The position numbers and the translations under genes were made by a program. A stretch of 64,000 bases of DNA from Eledone cirrhosa (taxonomy: Eukaryota), in assembly GCA_964016885.1 (NCBI GenBank), contig OZ024747.1:20522001-20586000 (forward strand), in the 5' to 3' direction. Shown piece by piece: positions 1 to 13,913 of the stretch. The notes under the pieces were generated by a model that did not search any database, was not told the origin of the DNA, and worked only from the letters and a program-made list of their open reading frames with translations. Each line of letters opens with the position of its first letter. The first letter of the stretch is position 1.

Positions 1-31
<31 letters not shown>

Positions 32-600
32 TGATCAATTTTACCTACATGTTTCAATATATATTGCATGTATGGTCTCATCGAACTATGTTTCATATCA
101 TATATAGCAATATCTTAATAGCATACGCGCTAAAAGTAGTGATAGATTGATACCCACCACATTTTCTGTATAGTGATATCTTATCAATCAAAACACACTT
201 CACACGAAATATATTAATAGCACGATAAATACAATGCTATAGAGCTATACTATCAAAAACCACTCAGCCTAACCACTATGATAAGTAACTACCAAAACAT
301 AGTTTTTGTAATTCACTTTTAAAGGTAATGTGAAAATTGACGTATACTTTAAACAGGAAATAGTATTATCACTATAGAATTATTTCAATAGAATTAGACT
401 GCCAAACTAGTAATCTTCAAATAATCCTAATAATAAAATACTCTTTTTTTCATGACTTAGCAATAATGATAAAACCCATAACGAAAGAGAACATTTAATT
501 TAGAAGCATTAAAAACCGAATTAAAGCTATTTACATAGATATTTATTTTATTCTTTAATTTTCGTGAGGTGAGATAAGCTCACACACACACAGAGATATA

Positions 601-794
<194 letters not shown>

Positions 795-817
795 TATATA
801 TATATTTATGCATATAT

Positions 818-852
<35 letters not shown>

Positions 853-853
853 G

Positions 854-897
<44 letters not shown>

Positions 898-1442
898 ATA
901 TATATAGATAGATATATATATATGTGTGTGTGTGTGTATATGCATAAATATATATATCTATGTATATATATACATATTTATATGTATATATGTATATATA
1001 CACACACATATATATATATATATATATCATCCATTATACATGAACATTGTTGTTTTGAAATGTCGATGGAGCTCTGCAATTTATTGTTCAAGACAAAACA
1101 TAAAAGACTAATAGCTAAATATGAAACTCGTAATAAAAAAAGATAAAATTTCAATATTGCCTTGATTTCAATCATGCATGTGTAAAAAGAAAATATATTC
1201 CCCGTGTACATAAATATACAGAAATACATACATAAATACACTCATACGTACGTGCATATAGAAATAAATACACACGTACATACTTTGTTACCGTACGTAG
1301 ATGTATTATATAACATCGGAGAGTTTTTATCACCTACAGCAGCAATAGCAGTCGTTATAAAGTGCATGGCGTATGTATCTAGCTAGCTATATATGTGCAT
1401 GTACTATACATTTGTTACTCTCTCTCACCTTTCTCACTCGTG

Positions 1443-1532
<90 letters not shown>

Positions 1533-1535
<3 letters not shown>

Positions 1536-2035
1536 GCCAAATATTCTCAACGCGCGTGAATATTTGGCAATATACCGTATGTTTAGTTAAAAACATTTAG
1601 AAGACCGTACGCTATCAGTTTTAAAGTAGTGACTATATCGCTTACTTTTGGTTCGCGTTCATCATCAGAGCCACGTGCTTCCCTGCTTCCGCCGAAAATT
1701 ATAGAAGCTGGATTCTTATAGAATTCCAGTAATAATGAGGAGCTGATTATACAGAGCGATTGCCTGTCCAGCAAAAATTAGGTATTAGGATTGGTGCTCT
1801 GAAATAGCGATGTATACATGAATGTATGTATAGTATATTTGGCAATAGGGGAGTGCGTGGCTCTGATGAGCGCCAACCAGCGTGAAACAGACTGCCAGAT
1901 TCTCTCCCTTCTTTTGCCGAAAAGAAATAACTGACATAGTCACTATTTTAAAACTGATAGCGTATGGTCATCTAAATGTTTTTAATTAAACATACGGTAT
2001 ATTGCTATTGTATACATTGGTATTTCAGACCCACC
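1533..2035. mobile_element. Degenerate inverted-repeat element between (GT)n and (TA)n with a hammerhead-like motif
   Basis: Arm ~1567-1640 (gcaatataccgtatgtttagttaaaaacatttagaagaccgtacgctatcagttttaaagtagtgacta) is the approximate reverse complement of ~1937-2005. CTGATGA-GCGC..GCGT-GAAAC lies at 1863-1888. Confidence 0.55.
1858..1900 (+). ncRNA. Degenerate minimal hammerhead-like motif (GCC instead of GUC at the cleavage triplet)
   Basis: ct-CTGATGA-GCGC-caacca-GCGT-GAAA-CAG-a-CTG-CC-ag; stem I is only ~2 bp. Confidence 0.45.
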
Positions 2036-2044
2036 AATCCTAAT

Positions 2045-2227
<183 letters not shown>

Positions 2228-2257
2228 AGATCAAAAGATGGTTAAAAGAGTTCCATG

Positions 2258-2328
2258 TATTTTATTATGCGCATTTCAAAAACAAATATCATCATGAGAT
2301 GACATTTGCGTTTTCGTCAAATAAAATA
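2258..2328 (-). ncRNA. Type I hammerhead ribozyme with C3U core mutation (UUGACGA)
   Basis: Reverse-complement copy of 2973-3043, with TTGACGA in place of CTGACGA. Confidence 0.7.
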
Positions 2329-2972
2329 GGGAGACACGATATGAAGGTTAAAAAACACTTGTGAATAGTGCAGTTTTAAATCAACATATGAAAAGTAATT
2401 TAAGATTGATGTGTGATATTGGGGGGAAAAAATGAGGGGGGGGGATGAAAAAGAGGAGGAGATGAGAGTAAAGAATGGTGGGGGAGGAGTATAATAAGGA
2501 AGGATGAGATAGGAGGAGAGATGGGTGATAGAAAGAGAGAGATAGCCTTTATAACTGAGAAAAATATATTGTCTCACAGAGAGAGGTTAAAAAGCCGTTG
2601 GAAGATAATATATAATTTAAAAGAATTTGAAAATTGATGAAGAGAAAAAAAATTAATGAAGAGAAAAAAATTAAGAATAATGTTAAATTAAAGTTTGTAT
2701 ATTGAAGGGTTTAATAATATGTGCGATGAAAAGAAATTGTTAATATGTATTATTAAAATAAAAATATTAATGTTATTAAGGATATAATGTGAAAAGAAGT
2801 AGAAGAGTGGATGAATTATGAATTTAGAGGAATTAGTTAGTGTTTAAGTTTGTTTTTATGTAATGTAATATGTAATGTAATATATCACACATCAATCTTA
2901 AATTACTTTTCATATGTTGATTTAAAACTGCACTATTCACAAATGTTTTTTAACCTTCATATCATGTCTCCC

Positions 2973-3043
2973 TATTTTATCTGACGAAAAGGCAAATGTC
3001 ATCTCATGATGATATTTGTTTTTGAAATGCGCATAATAAAATA
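2973..3043 (+). ncRNA. Type I hammerhead ribozyme
   Basis: TATTTTAT-CTGACGA-AAAGGCAAATGTCATC-tcat-GATGATATTTGTTTTT-GAAA-TGCGCA-TA^-ATAAAATA: 8-bp stem I, 16-bp stem II, palindromic stem III, AUA cleavage triplet. Confidence 0.9.
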
Positions 3044-3162
3044 CATGGAACTCTTTTAACCATCTTTTGATCTTATATTATTTATACTCCAGTCCCACAA
3101 ATTGTAGAGTGCTACTTATCCGATATCTGCATTGCTTTATTGTACTACAATAAAACTCACCT

Positions 3163-3204
<42 letters not shown>

Positions 3205-3306
3205 AGGTGAGTTATATGTGTATGTGTGTATATATATATATATGTATAGGAGGTGAGTTATATGTGTATGTGTGTATATATATATATATATATGTATATG
3301 TATATG

Positions 3307-3339
<33 letters not shown>

Positions 3340-3397
3340 GTATATATATATGTGTGGGTATGTATGTGTATATGTGTATATACATGAGTGTATTTAT

Positions 3398-3445
<48 letters not shown>

Positions 3446-3465
3446 TGTGAATGTATGTATATATG

Positions 3466-3504
<39 letters not shown>

Positions 3505-3650
3505 ATATATGTATATGTCTGTGTATTTATATGTGTATATATATGTGTCTCTATATGTATGCGCGTGTGTGTATGTGTATGTGTATATATATGGTGTGTG
3601 TATGTATATGTATGTGTATGTATGTGTTTATGTATATGTGTATGTATATG

Positions 3651-3700
<50 letters not shown>

Positions 3701-3737
3701 TATGTATGTATATCGATGTATATTTTATATTTTACTT

Positions 3738-3816
<79 letters not shown>

Positions 3817-4407
3817 CTTAATATTTTTCTTTTTTCTTTTTCTTTTTATTTCTAAATTTATAGATACATTTATAAATAGGCAGTTTGCTGACACCAGTAA
3901 ATACTGACCTCTCCCCCCCCCACCTACTTTCTGTATCTGGATCTAAATATGTGTGGCAGTGTTTATGTGCGCGCATTAATGTCCATATGCTTATGATAAT
4001 AGTATATACACATATATGTGTGTGGGAGTGTGTGTGTGTATGTATGTTCGTGGTTGTGTGTATGTTTATACGTATATGCGCGTGTGTGTGTGAATGTATG
4101 TATATGTGTGAGTATATGAATGTGTATATATTTATTTTTATATTTATATGTTTATATGCGTATATGTATTTTATCTGTAGATTATAAACATACAGAGACA
4201 TTAGCCCTGAATTTTTGTATTTACATACATCTTTTCGGCATGCGTATGCATGTGAACATATATTTTTATGCTTATCTGTGAACGAAGTTACTTACATATA
4301 TACACACACCTAACTGTATAAACTTTTTGTGTTTCCATTGGTCAATTTGAACTCTGTTCCCAAACAGACCTGTAATTTTGAATTGTTGTTATTATCAATA
4401 AATATAT

Positions 4408-4561
4408 TTCATTATTTCTGAAGACGGCATATATATGAGTTGGTATGTATATTTAATTTTGATAGTTTGTATAATTTTGTATAATTTTGTACATAGATCT
4501 GTTAAATATACATGCCAATTCTAACACATATATATCCCAGAAACGATCGTTAAATAATGAA
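4408..4561 (+). ncRNA. Type I hammerhead ribozyme with long stem II extension
   Basis: TTCATTATTT-CTGAAGA-(cggcatatatatgagttggtatgtat...atacatgccaatt..catatatatccca)-GAAA-CGATCG-TT^-AAATAATGAA: 10-bp stem I, stem III palindrome AACGATCGTT. Confidence 0.8.
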
Positions 4562-4615
4562 CTTTTTTTGTTTAATATAAGGAACTGTTTCATTGTTTTA
4601 TTCATTATTTTTTTA

Positions 4616-4749
<134 letters not shown>

Positions 4750-4771
4750 TTATATATATATATATTTATTT

Positions 4772-4958
4772 ATTTAATATATAAATGGTTTCTTCAGGAC
4801 TAGAATTGTTTCATTCAGGAGCAATCTTCAGGAACTCCCGAATGAAACAGTTCTAGTCCTGCAGAAGCCATTTATATATTAAATATTTATACTCTGCTAT
4901 GTATTGAGTACCTTACTTACTGTGGTTACCCCCAATTTAACCCTGGATAAACACATAT
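4772..4958. mobile_element. Short palindromic element with partial hammerhead and 3' tail
   Basis: 4772-4830 and ~4834-4885 are inverted. GAAAC...GTC is present without a properly placed 5' core. Tail tatACTCtgctatgtattGAGTacc starts at 4888. Confidence 0.6.
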
Positions 4959-7900
4959 ATATAGAAAGAGATGCAAAATCCCGACAGTGGCTCCAAGCGG
5001 TTTCGGCTTGTGTCATTGAGTACTCCCATGATTAGAGGTCTCCCCCGTCTCAGCACCGCAGGCACTCTTTCTATGCACCTTTTTCTTTTAAAAGACAATA
5101 AGATATCTGACTGTCAAATATAGGAGATCGAACGACCTCGAAAATGTTCATTTTCGTTGCTTAGCTCGACGAAACCTACTCAATGCTATCTATGTTTGGA
5201 TTGACTGATGCTAGTGCATCAAATACATTTCCCAATAACACGTTGCAATAACAGTAGTAATATATGAACTACTACCTTTACAAGTGCTAGTCTGCCAGGA
5301 TATAGACATCACTAGATGTATTCTTCTGATGATATGAAGATGTTCATGTAACCAACGATGTCCTTTCCCTTTTTTCCTTACTGATAATAGTAACCTTCCT
5401 TTCTTTTCAAACAAAATCAATACTCTAAAGGTTTCGCTGTAAAAGCATTGGATTGTTACCAAACATAATTACTATTGTTTAGTTTCCACCAGCATCTCTC
5501 TACAGATATCCTACAACGGATTGGAGAAATCAGATAATTATAATGTTTGCTATTGTAATTTGGTATGGAGATGTGTACCCTTACACATGACAAAATAACT
5601 GTAATCCGCTTTGTTTTCTTTCCTATTAAGATAGATGCCAAATTGTGACACCAGTTCGACACTGTCTCCATAATTAACTTACTTCTTTACACTTTCAGTG
5701 CCAAAAATCTTGTGCTTATGCAATATCAGCAACATCATTCGCCAGACAAATGCAACGTAATAACTAGATTCTAAATTAGATTAACTTCAAGATACTTTGT
5801 GTAAATATTTGTATAAAGACATTTTAGTCTTGCAATAAAAGAAACTCTGAGTTGTAGTATAATATGAGAATCCCATTCCAGAATGTCACGTTATAGTAAT
5901 TCCAATTGTTCTAGTGATTATATCAGCTGTGATATATGTAGCTACTACGTTGATCTGTGGAGTTCCACTGGCTAGCTGGCCGGTTTGTTGGCTGCTTGAA
6001 TATATTGGTATTCTGTATAGTACAGATGTTGGTACAAAGTTGACACAAAGTCTACGGGAGTTTGTTCCACAAAGCAGAGTCTCTTTCAAAAGGAGAAGAA
6101 AACGTGTTTTCATATGTTTACATACATCGCACTTAATTTAATTTAACAGTCTATACGTTGTATATTGCTTACAATAGAAGAGAATGGAATAGTGTAGAAC
6201 CGAATTCTTTTATTGTCATCTGCAGCAGTATAGCAAATACAGTGAAATTTAGTTTCTAACAACTCAAAAGTTAACTACAGGGGATGAATACAGATAAGAA
6301 AGTCTGTGAGAAAGTACATAATAGAAGACAGACTTCTTATATATATAGAAGGACATAGACATTATTGCAGCTTCATCACTATCGTTCTTTCTTATAATAT
6401 TCATTCTGCACTGAACGTTTGATATTTGGCCCCAGGTCAGCACTGAAGTCATTCCAAACATGACTGCCTCACCCTTATATTAGGTAATGTATTTCTAGAT
6501 ACATATAATCCAATGTGGTTTCTTTTTTACTATAGTAGGGTATAATTTCATGGAAATTTAGCTGCTATTTCCAGCAGATAAAGCAACTCGCAGAGGAACT
6601 ATCGACTGCAGAGAGTAAATTGAGTCAGCCACTAATTAAACAAAACAAAATTAATGTCTCAGGAAATAGTAATCATTATAGTTTTTAGATTACTCGGGAG
6701 TAGTAGGACTGTATGTTGGTACTACCGGGTACCTATTCATTATCTGTAAAATGAAGGATTTCAATTATAGATAATTGTCTTCGTTGCTAATACGTGGTAG
6801 CTTGTAGTGTTGTATAAGCTGCCATTATGTTAGTTGATTTATTGTAACATTATTGGTTCATTTACTTTCAATAGCTTCAGCGGCGAATTAGTAAAGTTTT
6901 ACTTCAAATACCGAGGCGTAGATGTAATTCCCAAACCGGTTAAACATGACTAACCGACTATTGGGTATCTTTAAAGGACTCTACTATGATTGCAAACAAT
7001 TGGGCTAGATCTCTGGTTTAGAAATACCTTCAGAGGCTCAGAAAGGGGACGTGGCTGTTGTCACGTGTTTCTAACTAAACAGTAAAAGCAAGGTTAATAT
7101 TGACGATAGCCAGATTATTAGTAGATTTAAAACCTAGTCCTGTAAAATATATGCCTTGTCGGTTAGAGAGAATACACATTTCTAAAATTGCTTTATATAA
7201 TGACGGCTATATAATTTTAAATAACAAAAAACAACAATGGGCACCTACTTCATAGTTTCATGTTATTTATTAATCTGAAAACAAGCTATGTTAATTGTGT
7301 TTTACGATCTATTGGACGGTGAGATGATAATGGTAAATTCTTGATGTTAGTGTGACTAGTATTTAACTTTTGCTGTTCTTTGAAGAGAGGATTATGGGTA
7401 GAAAGGGATTTGAGAGAAAAATGCATTGTAGGTAAGAAGGATTGGAAGTAAGTTTTGATTCATAAACGAAATAAGAGAAATGTTGTTTTCAGAGTTATTC
7501 CTGTCGTTATTAATCGTATTAGTGTGTAGTCTATGTCGACTTGGTCTGCTTGAGCACACCCAAAGAAATAAGATAATCTTATTAAACATAGAAATCAGAC
7601 ACTATGTTTGTTATAGTAAGTCTATAGAGAAGTTTTCTGCCTTAAGATTGAAAACGAACATAATTTATATGCTAAGAAAGATCAGAAAATTGCTAGGGAT
7701 GATTTAGGATTAGTTAGATTTAATAGGTCAAACGAATAGATGGCATTCAGTTTCTTGAGTTCCTTCGCTGACTCATAGATTTTCATGCTGCCAATTGTAC
7801 GAAAATGTTCTTGAAATAACCATTCCAATATTTCTATTTCAAGTTTGATATAGAGAGACCCTCGTTTCGAGTTAAATCTGAACAAACATTTAGGTTGGCC

Positions 7901-8408
7901 TTCTGCTATGGGAAAATTATAGTAGAAAAGAAATTAACTGGCACAGAGGTTTGTTTGGGATAGAATAGAACATCAGAAGAAGAACAACCACATGGAGAGA
8001 AATAATATGGTCATACAGCTAATTTGAAAATGAAATTGGGAATTTAAGACAATAAGGAAAGACTCTAAAAGGTTTAAAATGTAAATTATCACATTGGCGA
8101 GAATTTGAGTAACCGACAATTATTTGGTGGAAAATAATACCAAAGGAGAGAAAATGGAATTTCCTATTACACAAACGAACACATACAAACACAAATACAC
8201 ACAGCTAGATGACTGGAACAAGTAAAAGAGTAAAATATTGTGTATATATATATATACATATATATATTTATATAACTGGAGGTTTTGTGATTTGCCTCGC
8301 ATATATATATTTCGTTTTAATCATTTTCTAACCCAGAAGAAAGAGAGAGAGAAACAAAAAAGGAAAAAAATATATTTTTCTTCCTAATAGTCGTCTCTTT
8401 CTCCCTGT

Positions 8409-8447
<39 letters not shown>

Positions 8448-8475
8448 AGGCAAACCACAAACCTTCCATTTCAAT

Positions 8476-8525
8476 TTTACCTTTGAAAAGCATAAGAACT
8501 GTGAAACCGGTATGGGAAGTAAATA
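8476..8525 (+). ncRNA. Candidate hammerhead with U3:A8 core (UUGAAAA)
   Basis: tttacct-TTGAAAA-GCA-taagaac-TGT-GAAA-CCGG-TA^-tgggaagtaaa. Homologous copy on the minus strand at 32432-32475. Confidence 0.55.
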
Positions 8526-8631
8526 AATGTTCTTAAAACGACTCCAGTTGTATTTTCGATTTCTTTTCCTTATATATATAATATATATATATATTTATAT
8601 ATTTATATATATATTTATATATATATATATA

Positions 8632-8991
8632 CGATATTAACAAATGGAAACTATATTTATAAAACCATATTTATTTCATTATACATATTTCAAGGACACC
8701 AAGTTAAATTATGGTGTGCTTTCATCAGATAAAATATAATATAGATCAGTTTTATAAATAAATATTGACATACCCTTAAAAAATGTAACCATTACTGTTG
8801 GAAGCTCCCGGATAGTATCCCGGGAGCTTCCAACAGTAATGGTTGCATTTTTTAAGGGTATTTATTTATAAAACTGATCTATATTATATCGTATTTTAAT
8901 ATCGTATTTTTACTCCAAATATTTGTTGAGTGCTTTATATCAGTTATAAAAATATTTGCTTGTTGTATCCCAACAATTTAAATAGAACTTT

Positions 8992-8995
<4 letters not shown>
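8632..8995. mobile_element. Palindromic PLE pseudo-LTR-type element, family B, in (TA)n
   Basis: Hairpin centred on ggat-agt-atcc (~8810-8820), arms ~8735-8813 and 8817-8890, then tail 8906-8995. Near-identical to 58878-59150 and related to 44196-44582. Confidence 0.85.
8673..8735 (-). ncRNA. Type I hammerhead ribozyme
   Basis: Minus strand: ATTTTAT-CTGATGA-AAG-C-ACACCA-taatttaact-TGGTGT-C-CTT-GAAA-TATGTA-TA^-ATGAAAT. Confidence 0.85.
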
Positions 8996-9027
<32 letters not shown>

Positions 9028-9519
9028 TATTGCACCTACAAAAATGAACATATATATAAACATGTATATATGTGTGTGTCTGTGTGTGCGTGTGTGTTTG
9101 GAAACGTGTATTGTGTGCGTGTGAGTGTTTGAGTGTGTTATTTCTTCTACGATACTTTTCAAATCGAATGTGACTACTCAATCTAACATCAAAGTCAATT
9201 GCTGACATCAATGACAGTAGATCGAATGGTGGAACAACCAAAATTCAATAACTTCTTAAATATAATTGCATTACGGGAAAAATTGCAGTTATCTGAAAAT
9301 CTCAAATGTTTCGCAAATTTACAAGGGAAAAAAAATGATAAAATGGAAAAATATAATTATGTTCTAAATGTGAATACAAAATAGAAGTGGAAAAATAAAA
9401 CGGAGCACGTATGGAAAATTTTAAGACAATTGGGAATATGAAATAGAACAGCGATGTATCTTATGATTTTATATTATATTTTAATAGGTAAGGTATGTAT
9501 GTGTGTATATATATGCATG

Positions 9520-9577
<58 letters not shown>

Positions 9578-9639
9578 AATATATATATAAATATATATAT
9601 AAATATAAATATATATATATGTGTGAATATATATATATG

Positions 9640-9723
<84 letters not shown>

Positions 9724-9793
9724 TAAATATATATATATAAATATATATATAAATATAAATATATATATATGTGTGTGTGAATATATATATATG

Positions 9794-9895
<102 letters not shown>

Positions 9896-10674
9896 CAGGG
9901 GGGGGCCCTTTCTTTTATTCGTCAAAGTAACATAAAAAATGAAAGGGACAATACTTTCAAAAAAGTGTTTTATAATGTATATATATATACATTTTCGGTT
10001 GTGTAATTATACGGATGTATACAGAGGTATGTTTGTATGTGTGTGGGGGGAGAGAAAAGGAAGGAAAGGCCGAGGCTGCAGGGAATATATAGGTATGTGT
10101 TTGTGTGTGTCAGTGTGTGAGTGCAGAGAGCAGGGGAAGGAAAGAACGAGAGACAGAGAGGGTGCAAGGAACTTGAGGGTGCTAAGCATCCAAAATGTTT
10201 TACCTTAAATATTTTATAGAAGGAATTTTATACTGGTAATGGTTTTATTTTTGACAAGGACACATCGCAAAATAACAAAACGACACGAAATGCAAATTTG
10301 GTTTTAAATTCAATCAAACCCTAGAGCATTTAAAGGCAAGAGAAGTTCAAGACAGCTGTCTTTAATTTGATAAACAGAGTTAAATTCAGGAAATTCAACA
10401 ATAATTTTCAAAGCCCTCTAAAGAAGAGTTTACGTTTTTCAATGAATTTTAATAAAAAAAAAATTTGTGCTGTTAGACACAAACTGGAATTTCTATAATC
10501 TTCAGAATGATGCTGAAAAGAGATTTCTTTCCAAAAATATTTCCCACAAGAGCAATGATAGTACAATTCTATTAATTCAATTATTCAGGTCAGTTGTTAT
10601 GTTAAATGCATGGCTATTGGCCTCAAATTAACCGTCAACGTTTAATGTCATGTCTTCTCCCCCCTTAAATCCAT

Positions 10675-10787
10675 TCTTCTTCTTCTTCTTCTTCTTCTTC
10701 TTCTTCTTCTTCTTCTTCTTCTTCTTCTTCTTCTTCTTCTTCTTCTTCTTCTTCTTCTTCTTCTTCTTCTTCTTCTTCTTCTTCTTC
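10675..10787. repeat. (CTT)n microsatellite
   Basis: Pure ttc/ctt trinucleotide run of ~110 bp. Confidence 0.95.
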
Positions 10788-11507
10788 GATATTTTAGTCT
10801 ACTTATTCCCTAGAATATCATGAGAATTCTCAGACACCTTTAACGAAAGCCACCATAACCATATGACCTTGTGGGATTCCCAAGCGAGACCAAGCAAAAT
10901 TATGGATGTTATCCAACAATTTTGCTTCTGGTCTACATTTGGGACCCTTACGATTGGCATCGCTCTTAAAATATGTCCTTTGATTCTTTCCTTAGCCATT
11001 CTAATACTAAATATATAGTTATTAATACAGCTACAACTGAGAAATTAAACACATTTTTTTAATATTATTATATCGCTTCCCATAAAGACATAACAGCAAT
11101 TTAGTAATCTAATGGTTTAATATGGTTGATTACAACCATTATATTTAGGCACAACCAGTTCACAATCCTTGATGTTTTCCCCTCCAATAACAACATCTCA
11201 CCTTCTAAATCTAACAATCGCCAAAATCTTATTCTTTTTATATGTTGATTTCTAATTGAGGAACAAGATATAAGATCAGTTCATGAATCTCAGCTTAAAA
11301 TGATCATTAGAGCATATATTATATATTCCCTGGACAAGGAATTTACAGAGGCGTTTGATTGCATGTTTCCAGAATTTAAGAATGAGTCAATTATGTTTTT
11401 CACTGCGTAATCAGGGAAGTGTATGTCTGATGATTTTATCATTATATTTAATGTTTGTGAGTGCATGATCATACGGCTTGTGGAGATATTTATATTTGTG
11501 TCTCTGC

Positions 11508-11605
<98 letters not shown>

Positions 11606-11754
11606 ACCACAGAGGTCTGACGAGCTTTTGATTCCAGAGTTGGGCTAGACCGATACAGACCGAACCTTGAGTTGATCAGTGACGAACCGCGCGTCACCAA
11701 CCAATAACCGTAATGAAGAAGTAACCATTCGTCCTTGTACTATTATATATGTAT

Positions 11755-12436
11755 ATAGATAGATAGATATGTTTCTTTATTAGCCACAGGGGCACAAAAG
11801 AAGGGGAAAAATACAAAGGGGGAAGTTTACATACAATAAAAACGTGTAAAATGTTATCACAAATGCAATTTAAAAGATTAGTCGATTTTCCCCAATAGGG
11901 GGAGACAGTTTATATGGGTAACACATACCCCCGAAAAAAATGTGCCACCCTCATCTCCAGGAGTACGAAGAGTGTGTACTCCTTTCCTCTCCTCCTCCTT
12001 TTCCTCAACCTACAGGCTGATATAGAGAGAAGGACCATTCACTCGGGCCATTCTCGCCACTTTCACCCACCTTTCATAAAACTTGCTGGGGTACAGCACC
12101 TCTCTCTCCATCCTGATTCTTCTTCCAAAGTGGTATTTGAAAAAAAGAATCAGTTGTTGGCCGGAGAGAAAGGTGTCTGACCTCAGCCCTTTCAACCTTG
12201 TCCACCATACAACCTCTTTCGCCATAGCTATCTCACAACGGAAAACCGCCTCTCCTTCGTTTTTGAAGGAGGGTGGCGGTTTGATCATGACAATGGACTC
12301 GGTGGTCAACCGGATTGGTCCCACCCGCGACAATAGTTGTTCTACATAGCCCCACAGGTCAGTGACACCCGGGCAGTGTATGAATGCGTGCGCGACGGTT
12401 TCTTCTTCTCGCACGCACCTCGGACAGATCTTTTTT
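11755..12436 (-). mobile_element. Tx1/L1-clade LINE 3' fragment (piece A) with short (TATC)n tail
   Basis: Minus-strand translation CPRCVREEETVAHAFIHC...KEVVWWTRLKGL...ERWVKVARMARVNGPSL matches the ORF2 C-terminus at 18950-19364. The 3' end cctgtggctAATAAAgaaac is followed by tatc repeats. Confidence 0.9.
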
Positions 12437-12511
<75 letters not shown>

Positions 12512-12665
12512 GGATAGATTTCTTTATTTGCTACAAGGGCGCACAAGAAAAGGGGGACAAAATAAAGACATGCCGGGGATTTTACATACAATCGTGTAAA
12601 AAAATATGAAACAAACAATTATAACAGTCGAAATCCCTGAGAAAAGGAAAGAATAGGGGAAAACG
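12437..12665 (-). mobile_element. Tx1/L1-clade LINE 3' UTR fragment (piece B) with long (TATC)n tail
   Basis: Minus strand cccttgtagcaAATAAAgaaatc followed by (TATC)n at 12437-12519; matches the family 3' end. Confidence 0.8.
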
Positions 12666-12679
12666 CATGTCTGTGTTAT

Positions 12680-13535
12680 CCCAGGGCCTATGGATAACTT
12701 CCAAAAATCACTGGCCTGGCAGTGCTATCGGAGAGCGCTGCCGGTTCGAGATAAGCTCTACAGGCACGGAAGTACCGTCAGCCGAGCCTGTCCGAGATGC
12801 GCGCAGAGCGACGAAACCGTCGTGCACGCACTCGTTCAGTGCACGAGCATTGCTGACTTGTGGAGCTATGTCGGACAGTTGCTGTCGCGTGGGGGACTGA
12901 TCCGGTTATTGACTGAGTCCATTGTGCAGATGGTCTCGCCGTCTTCCTTTGAGGAGGAATAGCAGGCGGTTTTCATCAGCCTGGTGGCCATGGCGAAAGA
13001 GATTGTTTGGTGGACAAGGTTAAAAGGGTTAAAACCAGACACTTTCCTCTTCGGCGTATCCCTAATTAACTTTTTCAAGTTTCACTTGAAGAGGAAAATC
13101 AGGGTGGAGAGGCAAGTGCTGCCTTCTAGCAAGTTTGTTGAAAGGTGGGTGAATGTAGCGAGAATGGTCCGAGCGAACGGGACCGCTCTGAATATACGTC
13201 TGTAGTTTGAGAAATGGTAAAATTGAGAGAGGGCGCTTGCCCTGGTGGTCAGGATGGCCGTCGTCTTTTGTGTGGTTTTCGCCACGAGTAACCCTCGGAG
13301 GTTTCCCCCCTATTGGGGAATTTTTCAATGTTTCAATTTTCATTTTTATTGTTTATATATATATATGTTTCTATGTCCTTTTTTTCTTTTCTTATATAAA
13401 TAATAAAAATATTTACACGCACAAAACCCACATCGTACCGTCCTGTACCGTCCTGTGCCGTCTGTAATGTTTTTCCTGATGTGAGCCCTTGTGGCCAATA
13501 AAGAAATCATTATTATTATTATTATTATTATTATT
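12680..13535 (+). mobile_element. Tx1/L1-clade LINE 3' fragment (piece C) with (ATT)n tail
   Basis: MDNFQKSLAWQCYR..CPRCAQSDETVVHALVQC..KEIVWWTRLKGL, with an in-frame TAG at 12960. AATAAA at 13497; (ATT)n at 13509-13535. Confidence 0.9.
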
Positions 13536-13913
13536 GGCGACATACGTAGTAAATCGTATCATCGTGAGCTCCGCAAAGGTTTGTTATTTCCGTTTGTTAA
13601 AAATTGCCATTTATGGAAAATTTTATTGTTAACTGTTTATAAGCACACATACATTGTTTTCCGAAAAGGACACCCAAAAAGATTGGGGCCTTGTGCCCAA
13701 AATTTTAACTTTTATTATTATCCAAAATATTCTTTGAAAAAAAATGGCTAATTCCCCTCTGCACGAAGCAGCTGAAAGCCTTCCTCACAAAATAACACCT
13801 CACACCGATACCACCATTGTAAATGTTACTACGTTTGCCAACACAAAAAAAATATAAGCAGTAGCAATATTTTAAATTTGTCTCAGGCAGACATTCATTT
13901 CCCGCCATTACCA

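Noticed and set aside
11613-11652. GGT-CTGACGA-GCTTTTG-attc-CAGAGTT...ACC hammerhead-like motif
   Set aside because: GAAA is absent (GGGC follows stem II); at best a decayed remnant.
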